The position numbers and the translations under genes were made by a program. DNA of 64,000 nt from Eledone cirrhosa (Eukaryota). The DNA is taken from assembly GCA_964016885.1 (NCBI GenBank), contig OZ024743.1:201934001-201998000 (forward strand), written 5' to 3'. This document shows, in pieces, positions 41,484-54,894 of the stretch. Each line of letters begins with the position of its first letter. Within the stretch, counting starts at the first letter, position 1. The notes below the pieces were generated by a model. It saw only the letters and a list, made by a program, of their open reading frames with translations, ran no database searches and was not told the DNA's origin.

Positions 41484-43589
41484 TTGCTGTTGAAAAATGT
41501 AATCAGTGAGAGTGAGGTGGAGTTCTGTGACGTTGACACAGATGAGCTTGGCCTCCTACGTAGACTTACTTATGACACTGACTACCTAGATAGCCAGGAC
41601 CTTAGCCGTTTCTGCCCCAGTAGACCCATAAGGGGTAGACACCCCACCATAACCTCAATGGCAAAAAAGACTCCCATGGGAAGGTGGATTGGGTGGACCA
41701 AAGCCATACGGACACTCCAAAACAATGATCAGGTAAGAAAAATGGTCGCGCATGCAATAGGGGCTAGTATTAAAACTACCGTAATGGGACATATATTCAA
41801 ATTCAACGAGAAGATCTACACCCAAAATGAGGGAGCAGCCATTAGTGTCAGCATAGATGGTGACGTTGCTAACCTTTTTATGGCATGGTGGGAAAGGAGA
41901 CTCAAAGATTTCCTTGAAGAGAAATCCATAGACCTCATCATGTAGTCTCGTTACGTAGACGATATTAATATAGTAACAAGGACACCCCCACAAGAGAGTA
42001 CTAACGAACATGATTTACAATATAGCACAACGGAAAACATCCAAGAGATAGCTAACTCCATACACCAGAGTATAACTGTAACTATCGACTACCCTTCCAA
42101 ACACCCTGACAATAAACTACCTGTATTATACATGGAACTCTGGATTAACACTATAGACGAGAGAGCCCAAATTCTCCACTCACACTACGCTAAACACATG
42201 GCCGCCAAATACCTGATACTCAAAAATCAGCAATGTCCAGTAGTGCTAAGTTTAATATTCTGATCGCAGACTTGGTACGAGTGATGAAGAACATGTCCCG
42301 CATATGCGCACCCAACAGAAATGGAAAGACACATCCAACACTTCATCAACCGCAGGGAGTTCTCTGGCTACAACCAATGAGACATAATCAGAGTATACAA
42401 AGGAGCCACGGAGAAGTATAAGACCTTCATAAAACTGGACATGAAAGGAATTTGCCCATTATAAAGGAGCAAATCATGGAATAGCTTAGATAGGACTTAA
42501 CATATGATAGGGAAAGCCACCTCATGGTACGACAACCAGAGATACAAGAGTGTTATGTTCGTGGATACTACCCCTGGAGGGAAATTAGCTAACCAATGTA
42601 GAAAGGCCCTAAGAAAGATCCACTTAAAGATTAAAGTGGTAGAAAAGCCAGGAACTACCATAACATCCCTGATCAGCAAAACATACCCTTTTAAGAAAAC
42701 CCACTCTACTAATAAGAAATGTGTTATATGTAAAGTAAACCCCCCAGATAAACAGTAAAACTAGAAATGTAGTCTATAGCATAAGATGTACAGAGGGTAC
42801 TTGCAGAAACATGACAACAACATACATAGGTGAGACACCTCGAAGCATAGGTGAAAGGATAGCCAACACTGGGGCGAATTGACAAAAAAACCCAGTTCAG
42901 TACTATACGAACACGCCAGACAACAACATGACGGTAACATAGACAACATAGAAATTAAAATAATATCTAAACATAGAAATGACTCAACAGGTAGGCAAAG
43001 CAGAGAAGCAAGCGAAATAGAGCTTAGAAAGCCAAAGGTAAACAGAAAAAATGAATGGAATAACAAGAACACCCAAACAAACGATACTGACTTAAGAGAA
43101 ATATAAATAAATAAATAAATAAATATATACACAAGCACAATAACAACAAACACATATAAACGCACACTAATAAACTAAGATAGAATACAATATCCAAAAC
43201 ACAGTCACCCAAACGCGAACACACACACCAAACACTATACACACACCCAAACGCATGCGCAGAGACACAGACAACAATAAATACATAAATAAATAAATAG
43301 ATAAAATTAAAATGGCGTAGACATACAATACCACAAGAGGAAATATAATAGTAGCATTGATGATGTTGCAGATGTGCAACGAAAGAACTTTGTATATAGA
43401 CTATATATATGTATTTATAGCTTATTTTTGACTGTTGGTCACTCAGTGATAAACATTGATGGCCAAATGAATTAACTATGGAGATATAAAAGCTGCAGAA
43501 GCAAAAACCAACCAAACCGTGAGTGTGTTCTGTTATTATTTCTGGCAATATTATCACAACAATATGACCCTCCCCAAGTATAACAATAT

Positions 43590-43590
<1 letters not shown>
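41483..43590 (+). mobile_element. Degenerate PLE (F2-related): RT, GIY-YIG, pLTR
   Basis: HIFKFNEKIYTQNEGAAI..VANLFMAWWE..RYVDDI, thumb, YKSVMFVDTTPGG, CVICK, SVLYEH; many stops; pLTR homologous to 5190-5425. Confidence 0.9.
43354..43393 (+). ncRNA. Minimal hammerhead motif (F2-related), C3 mutated to T
   Basis: GCA-TTGATGA-T GTTGCA GATG TGCAAC-GAAA GAAC TT-TGT. Confidence 0.6.
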
Positions 43591-43645
<55 letters not shown>

Positions 43646-43677
43646 TAAGATCAAAAGATGGTTAAAAGAGTTCCATG

Positions 43678-43748
43678 TATTTTGTTATGCGCATTTCAAA
43701 AACAAATATCATCAAGGGATGATACTTACGTTCTCATCAGATAAAATA
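43678..43748 (-). ncRNA. Type I hammerhead ribozyme, family F6, in a ~160 bp pLTR-end insertion (43643-43800)
   Basis: TATTTTAT-CTGATGA-GAACGTAAGTATCATC CCTT GATGATATTTGTTTTT-GAAA TGCGCA TA-ACAAAATA. Confidence 0.8.
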
Positions 43749-43893
43749 GGGAGACATGATATGAAGCTTAAAAAACACTTGCGAGCAGTGAAGTGTTAAA
43801 TCTACATATATATACACGCATATATATGTGTGGATATAAATGTATACATACACGCACAAAATCACACACACGCACGCATATACAAGCATAAAG

Positions 43894-43992
<99 letters not shown>

Positions 43993-43994
43993 CA

Positions 43995-44305
43995 TCATCG
44001 TAGGCACCATTCAGTACGAATGACCATGGTTTTGCACCTAGAAATTTCCCCACCGAGGTACTAGCTAGGACAAGGTGTGTTTTGGAAGATCAGTGCGTCC
44101 ATTCATGAAAGTCCCGCCATCCATGCCACCAATGTTGTCCAAGAGGGAGGCAAAGGCAACGATACAGCTCGGTAACAGAGACGTCGTAACTCATTTCTAC
44201 AGCTGAGTGATCTGGAACAACGTGTAATAAGACAACAACGCACCGTCCGGTCGGGTATTCGAACTGTCATCCTTAAAATTGTGAGCGCACTCTCTAACCA
44301 CCATT
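43995..44305 (-). mobile_element. tRNA-derived SINE
   Basis: Minus strand starts GGTGGTTAGAGAGTGCGCTCACAAT..CAGTTCGAATACC (A/B box-like), body TCACTCAGCTGTAGAAATGAGT, ends GATGATG. Confidence 0.65.
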
Positions 44306-44362
44306 ATACACACACTTACACAGACGCATACACTTAAACACACACTTACACAGACACATACA

Positions 44363-44432
<70 letters not shown>

Positions 44433-44461
44433 CGTGCATATAGATTTACACACACAGACAG

Positions 44462-44570
<109 letters not shown>

Positions 44571-44594
44571 TCCATATATATAATAAACATATAT

Positions 44595-44636
<42 letters not shown>

Positions 44637-44659
44637 ATATATATATAATATACATATAT

Positions 44660-44717
<58 letters not shown>

Positions 44718-44936
44718 GGGGTAACAAATAATAGTTAAATGCAGTCCACTTAGGTATAGTCCAGTTATGGTATTCCAGGTAGTGGATGATATTAACGCTT
44801 GGCTTGGTTTGACTCAACAAGGCGTTTTCATACTGATGCTGCGGGTATGCTGTAATTCCTATGTTGTAAACACTTGGAGTAATAATAAATCAGGAAAGAA
44901 GGTTGACATGGTTTGCTATACAAAAAAGGTTTTTAA

Positions 44937-45057
44937 TCTCATAGCTGACAATTGTTTCTCTGAACTGGTAGGTCTAGAGATCGCTATTCGCTTATTTTCA
45001 CGTTACTCGATCGCCAATACAAAATTATAACCAGTCAGATCTTCGGAGCATGCGAGA
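44937..45057 (-). ncRNA. Hammerhead-like motif, family F9, U4C core (CCGAAGA), extended stem II
   Basis: TCTCGCATGCT-CCGAAGA-TCTGACTGGT [~60 nt] ACCAGTTCAGA-GAAAC AATT GTC-AGCTATGAGA. Confidence 0.72.
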
Positions 45058-45430
45058 ATGAAGAGAATACACAGGCAAGAAAAGAATATAGAGGCTACTA
45101 TATGAAGTAGTAATGGCATTCAGTTAGAACAATAACAACAATTACAACAATGCTATTAATAAATTATTTGAGGAGACCCTGACATTACTTAGGTGGGGGG
45201 TATAGTGTATCTAAGATTACGGCGTGTAAAACTAGCTGTCATGAGGCAAAAGTAAGAGTTTGGCATGTACAGAGTATCGAAGTGTGTATCAATTTTAAAT
45301 TATAAAGATAAGCCAGTGTTTACAGTCTTTCTTTTCATCTTCAATAACATACATGAGTAGGACAACACTGTCAAAGCTAAATAGTTGTTGAGTTAATACA
45401 GAGGTTAACGAGGTGATATACGCATATATT

Positions 45431-45506
<76 letters not shown>

Positions 45507-45824
45507 CACATGCATGTGTACATAGACACATACATACACATCAATATACACTCGTACAAAAATATACATACATGCAAAGAGATAAGCGTGCTAATTGTAA
45601 TTATGGCAAAAGGAAGGTAAAGTTACATTGTAGTAGTGATTTGAGAAAAACTAGGATTTAGGATCAAATGATGGCAGCAGCTGAGAAGGAATAAGTTTGT
45701 GGGTTGATGAGATACTTACAGACATTTGTGTGGTATAGACTTGTGAAGGATATAGTATACTTAATGAATATATTTCTGTGGGTAGTAGGTATCCTAATTT
45801 AAAGCTATGTTGTGTTGGTTCGAT

Positions 45825-47840
45825 TCACGGAGGTTTGAATCTTATGAATTTAGTGGCAATTCTATGTCTGCAGAAGATAGATCTTTCTAACTTATTAAGT
45901 AGCCTTTTTACATTTTTGAGGATATACAACAGCTCAAGATCACATAGCCCGCAGTGGGACATCCCTGTACTATAGGTTTTAGCAGCCGACAACTTCGACC
46001 AGTTGATACTGTAGTTAGTGCTGCTGTCCTTCAGTTCCCATATTTTTTTGGCGAGGGTTGTGGAACCCATAAGTGCACGGTTTTTCATTGAGTGCCTGTG
46101 CACATACCATCTTATTTTAAAAGAACCCGCGGTAGATCCTATGTAATTCCAGGTGGAGTTACCCAAGATGACCGTGCACATGTACACTAGGCTCGAATCG
46201 AGACATCTGTTCGCCAATGGGCACCTATCTGGTAGGTGACAGTTACAGTTTGAGGCGCTATTTTGTGCAGCTTTTACATTCCTGTTTAGTACTCTGTTAT
46301 AAGTGGGTTGTGATATATGCCCAATGGGGTTTTCCTGCTGCGCGTTTGTATGCGCTTGTGGTTGTGATGTTTTGATGTGTTTGTGCTTATAATTTGGTGC
46401 TACGTTATGTATAGGTGCAGTTGATTCACTAGAGATATTTCTGTGGTTGATCTTGCGTATGTGTGATTCTATGTTTGCTGCTGTTGAGTATGAGAGTTTT
46501 ATAGTAGATCTATTGAGTATTTTGTGATATCTATGCGAGATAGGGAAGTGTTTATCTATTAGTTTAAAGAATGTAGAGGGCAGTCTAGTTTTTATAGAGG
46601 AGTTGAATATTGGGTTGAACCATAGGTATTTCCTTTGTCTGTTTCTTCTATTGTTTCTTGGGTTTACGTTATTAGTGTTTTGGCCGTTTACTCCAGGTGT
46701 TACGTGTCTAACCCTATGTCTAGTCAAGTTATTTCTATTATTATGTGAGCGGTTGGAGTAGTAATTACTAGGATTGTTTACGTTGTCTTTATTCACTATA
46801 TACTGCAGTTTATCTTTATGACCGGCCCTACGTAATGCTGCATTATAATAGTCAGCATGCTCGTTAAAGATTTCTAGGTTTGAGGATAAGCGGAATATTC
46901 GGAGGGATATACTACGTGCTATGGATTTAATTATGGATTTGGGGTGATTTGAGTTGTAACTAATGTAGGCAAGATTTTCATTATTTTTGTGGAAAGGTTC
47001 TATTAATCCAGTATTTAGATTTAGAGTCACATCTAGAAAATTTACCTTCTTATGGTTCAGTTCGTAGGTAATACTTAGGCCTAGTTTTTTGAAGAATATT
47101 CTAATATTTTTTCTTAGTCTTTCCATGCTCTGGTTGTTTAGGTTCCTAGCTATAAGTAACGTGTCGTCCCTATAAATTCCTCCTTGGAGATTACTGAATT
47201 CCTTATGTAGGTTGTGTGCTATGAATAGCCCCACGATATCTGTGATTTGCGCAGAATCATTTGATCCCATTGTTATATCGAAGCTATTTATTCTATCCTT
47301 TCTTACCCAGTAGCTATTTTCAAATTTTATGATAGTCCTTCTAGCCGCTATTATTATTTCAATTTCATCATGGGTAAGATCAGAGTTATTTTGGGCAAAT
47401 ATAAGCGCCTTATCTAGGGTAGCTGGGGATATGGATGCATAGTAGTCGTCTATATCAAATTGTATGAAGTTACACGTCTCCCTATTTTGTATTTTATTGA
47501 ACCATTTAATTGCCTCGTTAGTGTTGCCCCATAAACTGATTTCTAGTTTACCCTTTATTTGTGTGATTACCCTATCTAGAATGTTCTTGCTAATTTTACC
47601 TATGTCTGACTTGGATGGGCATATTAATCTAATGGTGGGATTAGTTTCAAAGTTATTTTTGTGATCCTTCAGGTTAAATGTTGGGTTGCACGGAGTTAGC
47701 GGTTCGGTCCTATCTGGAATTCCGAGTTTATTAACTATCTTGAGGCCCTCCACTTTAATGCTGGTGAGTGTAGATTCATTTGTTTTTTTATATTTTTTAT
47801 GTAGTTCACGCTGGATAAAGCTATTGTATGCGTTAATGTG
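45825..47840 (-). CDS. PLE reverse transcriptase and GIY-YIG endonuclease (stop-free, N-terminally truncated at the inversion junction)
   Basis: LKDHKNNF..RLICPSKSDIG, FIQFDIDDYYASI, FDITMGSND, GIYRDD, NFLDVTLNL, SNHP, WFNP, CNC..CPL..LVYMC..YIGST..CGLCDLE..CRH; frame stays open upstream of 47753 to ~47840. Confidence 0.93.
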   Translation of the reverse strand, partial: HINAYNSFIQRELHKKYKKTNESTLTSIKVEGLKIVNKLGIPDRTEPLTPCNPTFNLKDHKNNFETNPTIRLICPSKSDIGKISKNILDRVITQIKGKLEISLWGNTNEAIKWFNKIQNRETCNFIQFDIDDYYASISPATLDKALIFAQNNSDLTHDEIEIIIAARRTIIKFENSYWVRKDRINSFDITMGSNDSAQITDIVGLFIAHNLHKEFSNLQGGIYRDDTLLIARNLNNQSMERLRKNIRIFFKKLGLSITYELNHKKVNFLDVTLNLNTGLIEPFHKNNENLAYISYNSNHPKSIIKSIARSISLRIFRLSSNLEIFNEHADYYNAALRRAGHKDKLQYIVNKDNVNNPSNYYSNRSHNNRNNLTRHRVRHVTPGVNGQNTNNVNPRNNRRNRQRKYLWFNPIFNSSIKTRLPSTFFKLIDKHFPISHRYHKILNRSTIKLSYSTAANIESHIRKINHRNISSESTAPIHNVAPNYKHKHIKTSQPQAHTNAQQENPIGHISQPTYNRVLNRNVKAAQNSASNCNCHLPDRCPLANRCLDSSLVYMCTVILGNSTWNYIGSTAGSFKIRWYVHRHSMKNRALMGSTTLAKKIWELKDSSTNYSINWSKLSAAKTYSTGMSHCGLCDLELLYILKNVKRLLNKLERSIFCRHRIATKFIRFKPP

Positions 47841-47912
<72 letters not shown>

Positions 47913-48293
47913 AATATATGCGTATATTACCTCGTTAACCTCTGTATTAACTCAACAACTATTTAGCTTTGACAGTGTTGTCCTACTCATGTATGTTATT
48001 GAAGATGAAAAGAAAGACTGTAAACACTGGCTTATCTTTATAATTTAAAATTGATACACACTTCGATACTCTGTACATGCCAAACTCTTACTTTTGCCTC
48101 ATGACAGCTAGTTTTACACGCCGTAATCATAGATACACTATACCCCCCCCCCCCCCACATAAGTAATGTCAGGGTCTCCTCAAATAATTTATTAATAGCA
48201 TTGTTGTAATTGTTGTTATTGTTCTAACTGAATGCCATTACTACTTCATATAGTAGCCTGTATATTCTTTTCTTGCCTGTGTATTCTCTTCAT

Positions 48294-48414
48294 TCTCGCA
48301 TGCTCCGAAGATCTGACTGGTTATAATTTTGTATTGGCCATCGAGTAACGTGAAAATAAGCGAATAGCGATCTCTAGACCTACCAGTTCAGAGAAACAAT
48401 TGTCAACTATGAGA
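48294..48414 (+). ncRNA. Hammerhead-like motif, family F9, inverted-arm copy
   Basis: Same fold as 44937-45057 with one stem I mismatch (AAC for AGC). Confidence 0.65.
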
Positions 48415-48569
48415 TTAAAAACTTTTTTGTATAGCAAACCATGTCAACCTTCTTTCCTGATATATATATATATATATATCCATATATATATATATATATA
48501 TATCCATATATATATATATATACATACACACATATATATATATATACATACACACATATATATATATAT

Positions 48570-48926
48570 TTGTGTATAGTGGTAGCTATGGTGCTTCCGT
48601 AGGCGGTATGCCAAAATTAGCACTCGATATTCATCAGAGTAGAGTGTACGAATTATAAAAAAAAAACGAAAAATCCGTGATGCATCTGGACTTAGTTTAT
48701 TTCGTGTTACAAATGTTTCGCGGCCATGTAGCTCGAGTCATGGTCCTTGTATGGATCTGGCTGATTCTACTTCTGCGGGTTCTTTCAGACACGTCTGTTA
48801 TGTCCGGAGCAAATTTTATCATATAAAATTTGCTCCGGACATAACAAACGTGTCTGAAAGAACCCGCAGAAGTAGAATCAGCCAGATCCATACAAGGACC
48901 ATGACTCGAGCTACATGCCGGCGAAA
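48570..48926. mobile_element. Near-perfect 211 bp palindrome (48716-48926) plus ~145 bp one-sided tail, family F10
   Basis: Arms of ~104 bp around a 3 nt loop at 48820-48822; (TA)n flanks. Confidence 0.9.
48703..48793 (-). ncRNA. Hammerhead-like motif, family F10, core CTGAAAGA, extended stem II
   Basis: CGTGT-CTGAAAGA-ACCCGCAGAAGTAG...CTACATGGCCGC-GAAAC ATTT GTA-ACACG; base of stem II is imperfect. Confidence 0.5.
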
Positions 48927-48933
48927 TATATAT

Positions 48934-49011
<78 letters not shown>

Positions 49012-49016
49012 CATAC

Positions 49017-49197
49017 ATAACGAAGGAAGGTTGGTAAGGAACCAAGTGGACAATAGCGCACCAGAGTACTCGATACTGTAGGTATTAGAGTGGGTAATAG
49101 GAAAAGAGTCAGGACCCAGAACCCGTTTCGACAATTAGTTCTGAACAGCTGTCGAAACGACAGGCGCTCAGCCGTCTGGGACCTGACTCTTTTTCTA
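49017..49197. mobile_element. Miniature F4-related two-armed insertion with tail
   Basis: Tail ATAACGAAGG..CACCAGAGTACT..; arms GAAAAGAGTCAGGACCCAGA / TCTGGGACCTGACTCTTTTTC. Confidence 0.8.
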
Positions 49198-49457
49198 TAT
49201 ATATATACATGTATGTTTTATAACATTTACGACTTGTTACTACAGCATTTTGCGCAACCTATGAAACATATGTATGCAAGTATGTATGAATGTATGTATG
49301 TATGCATGTATGTATGTATGTATGAATATGTGTATATATGTATGTAAGTATGCAAGTATTATGAATGTATGTATGCATGTATGTATGTATGTATGTATGT
49401 ATGTATGCATGCATGTATGTACGTGAATAGGGTGAATGATTAGTCTGTTTGATTAAA

Positions 49458-49505
<48 letters not shown>

Positions 49506-49975
49506 GTGTGTGTATGTGTGTGCATGTGTGTGTTTGTGTGTGTTTGTGTGTGTACAGCAAAGAAAAAAAATTCCCGTCATTACGAATGAAAACTAAATAA
49601 TATCTAATGAACTGAATTTAAAATGTTATAATGTGTATATATTTTCTTGTTAGTATCTGTCTCTTACTGGAATTGTAATTATGGTGTTTTATATATTAAC
49701 AGAAACCTAATATAATAATGTTAATTAATAGAATTAATAGCATTAAAATGATTTATTTTAAAATATAAAAAATATAATTATTAATGAATATTAATAAAAT
49801 GTGTTGCTTAAGGGAAGGCATGAGTTGGCATACGTTTCAGCCGTAAATAATTTCTTGTATTTTCATGGAGTTTAGTTAGTATGTGTTAATATGGAGTATA
49901 ATAATTTAGCATGGCCATAACCTCTAGTTCGATTAATCATCGAATATGCATGTACTCAAACACAAATACATATGC

Positions 49976-50008
<33 letters not shown>

Positions 50009-50469
50009 TATGCGTATCTATATATATGCATACACACACATACACCACCCCGCCAAACACACACACTCACAAACACATACATATATACCATTTCAGTTAG
50101 TTTGAATATGTGTAGTACAGATTTTTCTGGTTGGCAAACCATTATGTAATATACCATGATATGTATATATATATATATATATATTATATAATATTCCACA
50201 CACTGCCGTCGACAAGAAATCTCAAAGATTTCGATTATCTTAATAGCATTTCCTTATGTCTAGTCAACCCGCTGTCACAGCGTCGGACAGAAGCCAAAGC
50301 GCTGAAAGACAACACAAAACAATAACTGATAGCAATTAAGTCTTAATAGGTACACAGAAAATTATGTGACGACTAGAAAAAAATATTTTGTTTTTATAAC
50401 ACGGATATTCAAGTGAGAAAAGGAGGAGATAAACAACGAAAAAAAGAAACGAAAGGATAACATTCCCCC

Positions 50470-50775
50470 CCGAATGACATTTGGAGTAATGTTACTCGAT
50501 AGAATGCGTAGCTCGGAGATCAGAGAGTCATTCCAGGTAGAACCACTACTTCTCCAATTTGAGAGATCACAGCTTCTATAGTATGGGAATGTTCTTAGAA
50601 TGTCACAGGAAAGAATCGCTGGACAGATTTTATGGGCCAAACCAACCGGCAGGGGACCCAGGGGTAGACCCCAAGCAAGATGTTTGGGTAATATTCATGA
50701 GCTTGGCTGCTCTGGCTTAGGGAACCAGCTGGATCAGTTGGAGACGGTTGCTTTTGACAGTACAAATGGAAGACA
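50470..50775 (+). mobile_element. RTE-clade LINE 3' fragment
   Basis: GVMLLDRMRSSEIRESFQVEPLLLQFERSQL..YGNVLRMSQERIAGQILWAKPTGRGPRGRPQ. Confidence 0.8.
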
Positions 50776-51373
50776 CAGAACTCCAAGGTTTTTCAGCCGT
50801 CTGACAGTTTCGATCCCTAACGATGTCCCTGCTGGCCTGTTTTCCCTCCCCATCCATACAGCCAGCCACGACAACAATTTGGCTGCTGCGAACTGCAATT
50901 GGGCGTTCGCTCTCAGCTGTAAGCATTGGCCTTTGTCTTAAATACTTCTGATACATTCCTTTGTGTTTTATGAATTGCCACAATGTATAATTTACTGGAT
51001 TTAGCTTAAAATCAAAATCTGTGAAGTTCATCTTTTACTGGAAGTAATGTAGAATACAATTTTCTTGCGCCGCAAGAATAATTCATTACTTATTATTTTA
51101 CGTTCTATTTGATTTCATATGCCCACACAATATTGATTTCCTAAGGCGCATTTAAATCAACCATTAAAACTATTGTTTTAAAGTTTCTTCATGGGTCTGA
51201 AAGTCTTACAAACAAAATCTTCATGCGATTTTCTTCTTGGAATAGAAAGTTGTTGTTTCAAACAAGCTGCAAAGAATTTCAATGGAAAATATCAGAAAAA
51301 ATTAAAATTCGAAGTCAGGTTTTAAATAATTCACACACAAACACTCATACACGCACACACACACACTCATACA

Positions 51374-52155
<782 letters not shown>

Positions 52156-52166
52156 ATATATATATA

Positions 52167-52361
52167 TAGGAAAAAGTATGACCCCGACGGCAGAGCTCAA
52201 GCCGTTTCGACGGCTATTTCTGGAACCAAAATAGCCGGCGAAACGGCTTGAGCTCTGTCGTCGGGGTCATTCTTTTTCCTATTACCCACTCTACTACCCT
52301 AAGTATTGAATACTCTGGTGCGTTATGGTCCATCTGATTCATTACCACAATTCCTTCGTTA
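52167..52361. mobile_element. Miniature F4 two-armed insertion, tail on right arm
   Basis: TAGGAAAAAGTATGACCCCGACGGCAGAGCTCAAGCCGTTTCG / CGAAACGGCTTGAGCTCTGTCGTCGGGGTCATTCTTTTTCCTA plus tail to TTCCTTCGTTATA. Confidence 0.88.
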
Positions 52362-52442
52362 TATATATATGGAGCGCTTGTCTGCACAATATGGGAGCTC
52401 TGTTTCGCTAATTTCTACCCGCCGAAATGCGATTCTCGCTAA

Positions 52443-52478
<36 letters not shown>

Positions 52479-54894
52479 CTTCTATCGAATTTACGAACTA
52501 TTAAATCAGTTTAAGCACACATCATATTACGTGTTGGCTCACTATAAACCACCTTAGTACGCATGAATCGATTTGCTTTGATTAGATACGGCTTTTTAAT
52601 AAAATCATTGCAGCAATTTCTGTGAGGTTTCCTAAACTCTTTTGAAGATTTCTTATCACTTCCGGCTTCTTCTCTTATTCACAAAAAATAATGGCTTCTT
52701 GCTTCGGATCCTGGTTTTGTAGAGAATTTTGCCCGAACATGATTCTTTAAATTATAATTTTCCTTTTAACTTAATTCAACTCATTAAAACAGTGTTGTTA
52801 AAGTGTTTGTATAAAATGGCTTAGTATTAACTCCGGCTCTCTGCGTTCCGAGTTCAAATCACGCGGAGATCAACTTTACCTTTCATCTTTTCATGGACGA
52901 TAAATAAATTACTACTTCAGAAGTGGTTGCGAAATTGTTAAAATGCGGATAGAATGCCGGATTATGTCATTAGTTGCGACATACAGATACCATCCACAAT
53001 GGAAAGACCAATAAAAACTTAGTTTCCATGGTCCCATCTAACGATTGACTGATTCACTATTTTTCAGAAAAAAAATCATTTTATATACTCTTTCAATGCT
53101 TGTATCATTAATTCACATTTGAACGGGTCTCTGTAAGAATAAACAGAACTTTTGTGCACATACACGCTTGCAAGTATTGAAAAAGAATATATATATATAT
53201 ATATAGTAATAATAATCAATTTGAAGACTAAAAGCCAAAGAGAGCTCTATAAGGATAAATATATATCAAATATATAAGAACCCTAGAGCAAATATTTATT
53301 AAAATGACAGAATAAAGTTTAAGCAAAGAATCGCTGCTTTCACCTTTAACGGGATATTCTGAACCTAAAAAAATCAATCTGTGAACGCAGAAGTAAATAT
53401 TTCGAAAAACGTTGCAACCGAAGGAAAACAGGAAGACAGTACTTTGGTTTGTAAAGACGTTCCCTGGCAATGAACGGAAAAAAGCGAAGATAATACGTCA
53501 TTATGTGTATCGTTAAGAACAATTACACACAAAGACAAAACCACGTTTATGGTATAAATGAAGTCGTAAACTAATATTCTATTAAGGAAACCGAGTGATT
53601 CTCTGGCTTCAGAGTTAAGAATAATGTAAATAAATTAGTAGAACTAAAGTGACAGAGGTTGTTGAAATCAACAGCATAACCAAGAACCTGGTACGAAACG
53701 TTTCCTTGAGGCTCTCCAGTCTATCTACAAACGAGCATATTTTCACCGACCATTCCACATACTACAATGAAACTCTTGCTCGGAGTGGATTTGTCGATAA
53801 GGTAGCGTATACTAACGTTGAGCATAGACCTAGGAAAAATAGATCCCGACGCATTATATGGTATAACCCACCATATAATATGGAGGTGGCCACAGCATTA
53901 GCTCAGATATTCTCTCCCTTATTAAGAAGCATTTCCATTCAGCACATACATATAATAACATTTTAAATAGAAATACCATTAAAATATCTCACTCCATGAC
54001 TCCTAACCTTGCACATAACATCACTGCTTCAAATTTATCTAAATTAGCTAGCCGTAGGAACACATGCAGCCCGGTAGCTAGTACTAACTGTAATTGTAGA
54101 ATCGAATTGACTGCCCTCTATCCGAAAAATGCATCTCCAGTAACATTGTCTACAAATGTAAGGCCGAAACACCCACGTCCCGTAGTGCCTACATAGGGTT
54201 AACCGCCAATAGATTCAAGCAGCGTCTTTACATGCACACCCATTCTTTTCTTGACCCTTTAAGAAGGAATATGACGTCACTTTCAGCTTATATCTGGAGT
54301 CTAAAAGACAACCATACACAATATACACTGGGAGATCCTAGCTAAAGCTAGATCGTATAACGGAAATAATAGACCATGAGATCTTTGCGCTGCTGAAGAT
54401 CTGGAAATACTCTACGCCAATGACCACATCTTGAACAAAACATCGGAGGCAATTTCGCCTTGTAAACATAAATTGCATACAACTTTCCTGTATTACAACC
54501 CCACGTTATACGCTAACGGATAGTACGAACAATACCGGATAATTTACGTCTTGATGTGGTAACTAGTATATTTTATGTTTATACCATTACTTATTTATAT
54601 AGGTGAGTATACCTTACCCGTATCTTTTGTGAAGATACGTATACTTTCTCGTACGTATATTTGCTTGTATTTGTTATAGGTGTATATATCATACTATAAA
54701 TACTGGTACATGTGTATATGGTTATGTGTATATGCGTTGTTTTTGTGTTTGGTATGTGTATATGAGTACTTTGTATTTTAGTTGACGGACGTTTAGTGAA
54801 CATATGTGTATTACTTGTAGCTGTGTGTGTGTGTGTTTGTGGGTGCCTTATATGCGTATTTATGTGTGTATATTTATCTACGTTTATATAATTA

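Larger units (their letters stand above)
44717..48460 (-). mobile_element. 5'-truncated Naiad-type PLE, family F9, with inverted pLTR arm and ~170 bp tail
   Basis: 44890-45490 and 47845-48460 are near-identical inverted copies flanking the RT-GIY-YIG ORF; (TA)n both sides. Confidence 0.93.

Noticed and set aside
44890-48460. ~600 bp terminal inverted repeats suggesting a DNA transposon
   Set aside because: The enclosed ORF is RT plus GIY-YIG truncated at the junction; these are inverted PLE pLTRs.
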